This document shows, piece by piece, positions 61,701 to 64,000 of a stretch of DNA of 64,000 bases (the stretch's first letter is position 1; the number at the start of each line of letters is the position of its first letter). Origin of the DNA: Eledone cirrhosa (Eukaryota); NCBI GenBank assembly GCA_964016885.1, contig OZ024745.1, positions 90,892,001-90,956,000 on the forward strand. Reading direction: 5' to 3'. The notes under the pieces are model-generated. The model ran no database searches, was not told where the DNA came from, and saw nothing but the letters and a program-made list of their open reading frames with translations. The position numbers and the translations under genes are program-made.

Positions 61701-64000
61701 GTGTTTTAAACAACATTGCAAGCTCACTAAAAGTATTTTAATCAACCTTCTAATCCCACTGAAAGAGTTTTAAACAACATTGTAAGCCCACCAACAGAGT
61801 TTTAAACAAAATTGCAAGCTCACTGAAAGAGTTTTAAACAACATTGCAAGCCGACTAAAAGTGTTTTAAATAACATTGCAAGCCCACTGAAAGAGTTTTA
61901 AAAAACATTGCAAGCCCACTGAAAGAGTTTTAAACCACATTGCAAGCCCACTTAAAGAGTTTAAAACAATATTGTAAGCCCACTAAAACTGTTTTAAACA
62001 ACATTGCAAGCCCACTAAAAGTGTTTAAAACAACATCGTAGGCCCACTAATAGCGTTTTAAACAACATTGCAAACCCACTGAAAGAATTTTTAAACAACA
62101 TTGCAAACACACTGAAAGTGTTTTAAGAAACATTGGAAGCCCACTGAAAGTGTTTTAAACAACATTGCAAGCTCACTAAAAGTATTTTAATCAACATTGT
62201 AATCCCACTGAAAGAGTTTTAAACAACATTGTAAGCCCACTGACAAAGTTTTAAACAGAATTGCAAGCTCACTGAAAGAGTTTTAAACAACATTGCAAGC
62301 CGACTAAAAGTGTTTTAAATAACATTGCAAGCCCACTGAAAGAGTTTAAACAACATTGCAAGCCCACTTTTAAACAACATTGCAAGCCCACTAAAAGTGT
62401 TTTAATTAACATTGCAAGCCCACTGAAAGAGTTTTAAACTACATTGCAAGTCCTCTGAAAGTGTTTTAAACAACATTGCAAGCCCACTAAAAGTGTTTTA
62501 AACAACATTGGAAGCCCACTAAAATTGTTTAAAACAACTTTGCAATGCCACTGAAAGAGTTATAAGTAACATTGCAAGCCCACTGAAAGTGTTTTAAACA
62601 ACATTGCAAACCGACTGAAAGAGTTTTAAACAACATTGGAAGCCCACTGAAAGAGTTTTAAACAACATTGCAAGCCCACTTTTAAACAACGTTGCAAGAC
62701 CTCTGTAAGAATTTTGTACAACATTGCAAGCCCAGTAAAAGTGTTTTAAACAACATTGCAAGCCTACTGAAAGTGTTTTAAACAACATTGCAAGCCCACT
62801 AAAACTGTTTTAAACCACATTGTAAGCCCACTGAAAGAGTTTTAAACAACATTGCAATTCGACAAAAACGTGTTTTAAACAACACTGCAAGCCCACTGAA
62901 AGTGTTTTAAACAACATTGCAAGCCCACTCAAACTGTTTTAAACCACATTGTTAGCCCACTTAAAGAGTTTTAAACAACATTGCAAGCCCACTGAAAGAG
63001 TTTTAAACAACATTGCAAGCCCACTAAAATTATTTTAATCAACATTGTAAGCCCACTGAAAGAGTTTTAAACAACATTGCAAGCCCACTAAAAGCGTCTT
63101 AAAGAACATTGTAAGCCCACTGAAAGAGTTTTAAACAACATAGCAAGCCCTCTATAAGTGTTTTAAACAATAATGCAAGCCCACTGAAAGTGTTTTAAAC
63201 AAACTTTCAAGCCCAGTGAAAGAGTTTTAAACAACATTGCAAGCCCACTAAAAGAGTTTTAAACAACATTGCAAGCTCACTAAAAGTGTTATAAACAACA
63301 TTGCAAGCCCACTGAAAGAGTTTTAAACAACATTGCAAGCCCACTGAAAGAGTTTGAAACAACATTGCAAACACACTGAAAGAGTTTAAAACAACATTGC
63401 AAGCCCTCTAAAAGTGTTTTAAACAACATTGCAAGCCCACTGAAAGAGTTCTAAACAACATTGCAAGTCCTCTGAAAGTGTTTTAAACAACATTGCAAGC
63501 CCACTAAAAGAGTTTTAAACAACATTGCAACCACAATAAAAGTGTTTTAAACAACATTGGAAGCCCACTGAAAGAGTTTTAAACAACATTGCAAGCCCAC
63601 TAAAAGTGTTTTAAAAAACATTGCAAGGCCACTGAAAGAGTTTTAAACCACATTGCAAGCAAACTGAAAGAGATTTTAAACAACATTGCAAGCCCTCTGA
63701 AAGAGTTTTTGCAAGCCCACTTTTAAACAACATTGCAAGCTCACTGAAAGAGTTTTAAACAACATTGCAAACCCACTGAAATAGTTTTAAACAACATTGG
63801 AAGTCCACTGAAAGTGTTTTAAAAAACATTGCAAGCCCAGTGAAAGAGTTTTAAACAACATTGCAAGCCCACTAAAAGAGTGTTAAACAACATTGTAAGC
63901 TCACTAGAAGTGTTATAAACAACGTTGCAAGCCCACTGAAAGAGTTTAAAACAACATTGCTAACCCTCAAAGAGTTTTAAACAACATTGCAAGCCCAGTT
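55800..64000. repeat. Higher-order repeat block, 2,678-bp unit, about 3 copies
   Basis: CAATTCGACA at 57211, 59889 and 62855 (spacings 2678 and 2966 = 2678 + 9x32). Confidence 0.88.

Larger units (their letters stand above)
37419..64000. repeat. 32-bp satellite array, segment 3 (runs off the window end)
   Basis: Same monomer. A more diverged variant set (AAACCACATT, AAAACTGTTTT, CATCGTAAG, GAGGTTAAAC, GAGCTTTTGCAAG) appears from about 42.4 kb. Confidence 0.98.

Noticed and set aside
6166-62788. Many 60-77 aa minus-strand ORFs (MLFKTLSVGLQCCLK...)
   Set aside because: These are translations of the satellite that arise where indel variants skip stop codons; useful only as HOR markers.
3010-64000. 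CRISPR-like appearance (32-bp repeats with GTTTT...GAAAG)
   Set aside because: Monomers are directly adjacent with no unique spacers, there are no cas genes, and the context is eukaryotic.

Overview
Eukaryotic, gene-free window, probably from a cephalopod (Octopus-like; inferred only from SINE content). Positions 1-3009 are an AT-rich patchwork of small mobile elements. These include SINE fragments (one tRNA/CORE-type), a head-to-tail pair of non-autonomous Helitron-like elements (one interrupted by a SINE with an 8-bp TSD), and a Penelope/retrozyme-like region with four type-I hammerhead ribozyme motifs. Two of the hammerheads sit in a 318-bp tandem unit and have the rare U3-A8 core. From about 3010 to the end of the window runs a satellite array of a 32-bp monomer (AAACAACATTGCAAGCCCACTGAAAGAGTTTT) with regionally different higher-order repeats (about 1.8/4.06, 2.9, 2.1 and 2.68 kb) and a switch of variant set at about 42 kb. 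The array is interrupted twice, 12,276 bp apart, by near-identical 2,325-bp fragments of an L1/Tx1-clade ORF2. Each keeps an uninterrupted reverse transcriptase frame but lacks the endonuclease, the C-terminal zinc knuckle and the 3' UTR. They derive from one clean insertion (an empty paralogous site survives at about 40,680) that was later copied with its satellite flanks. All alignments and folds were done by eye.
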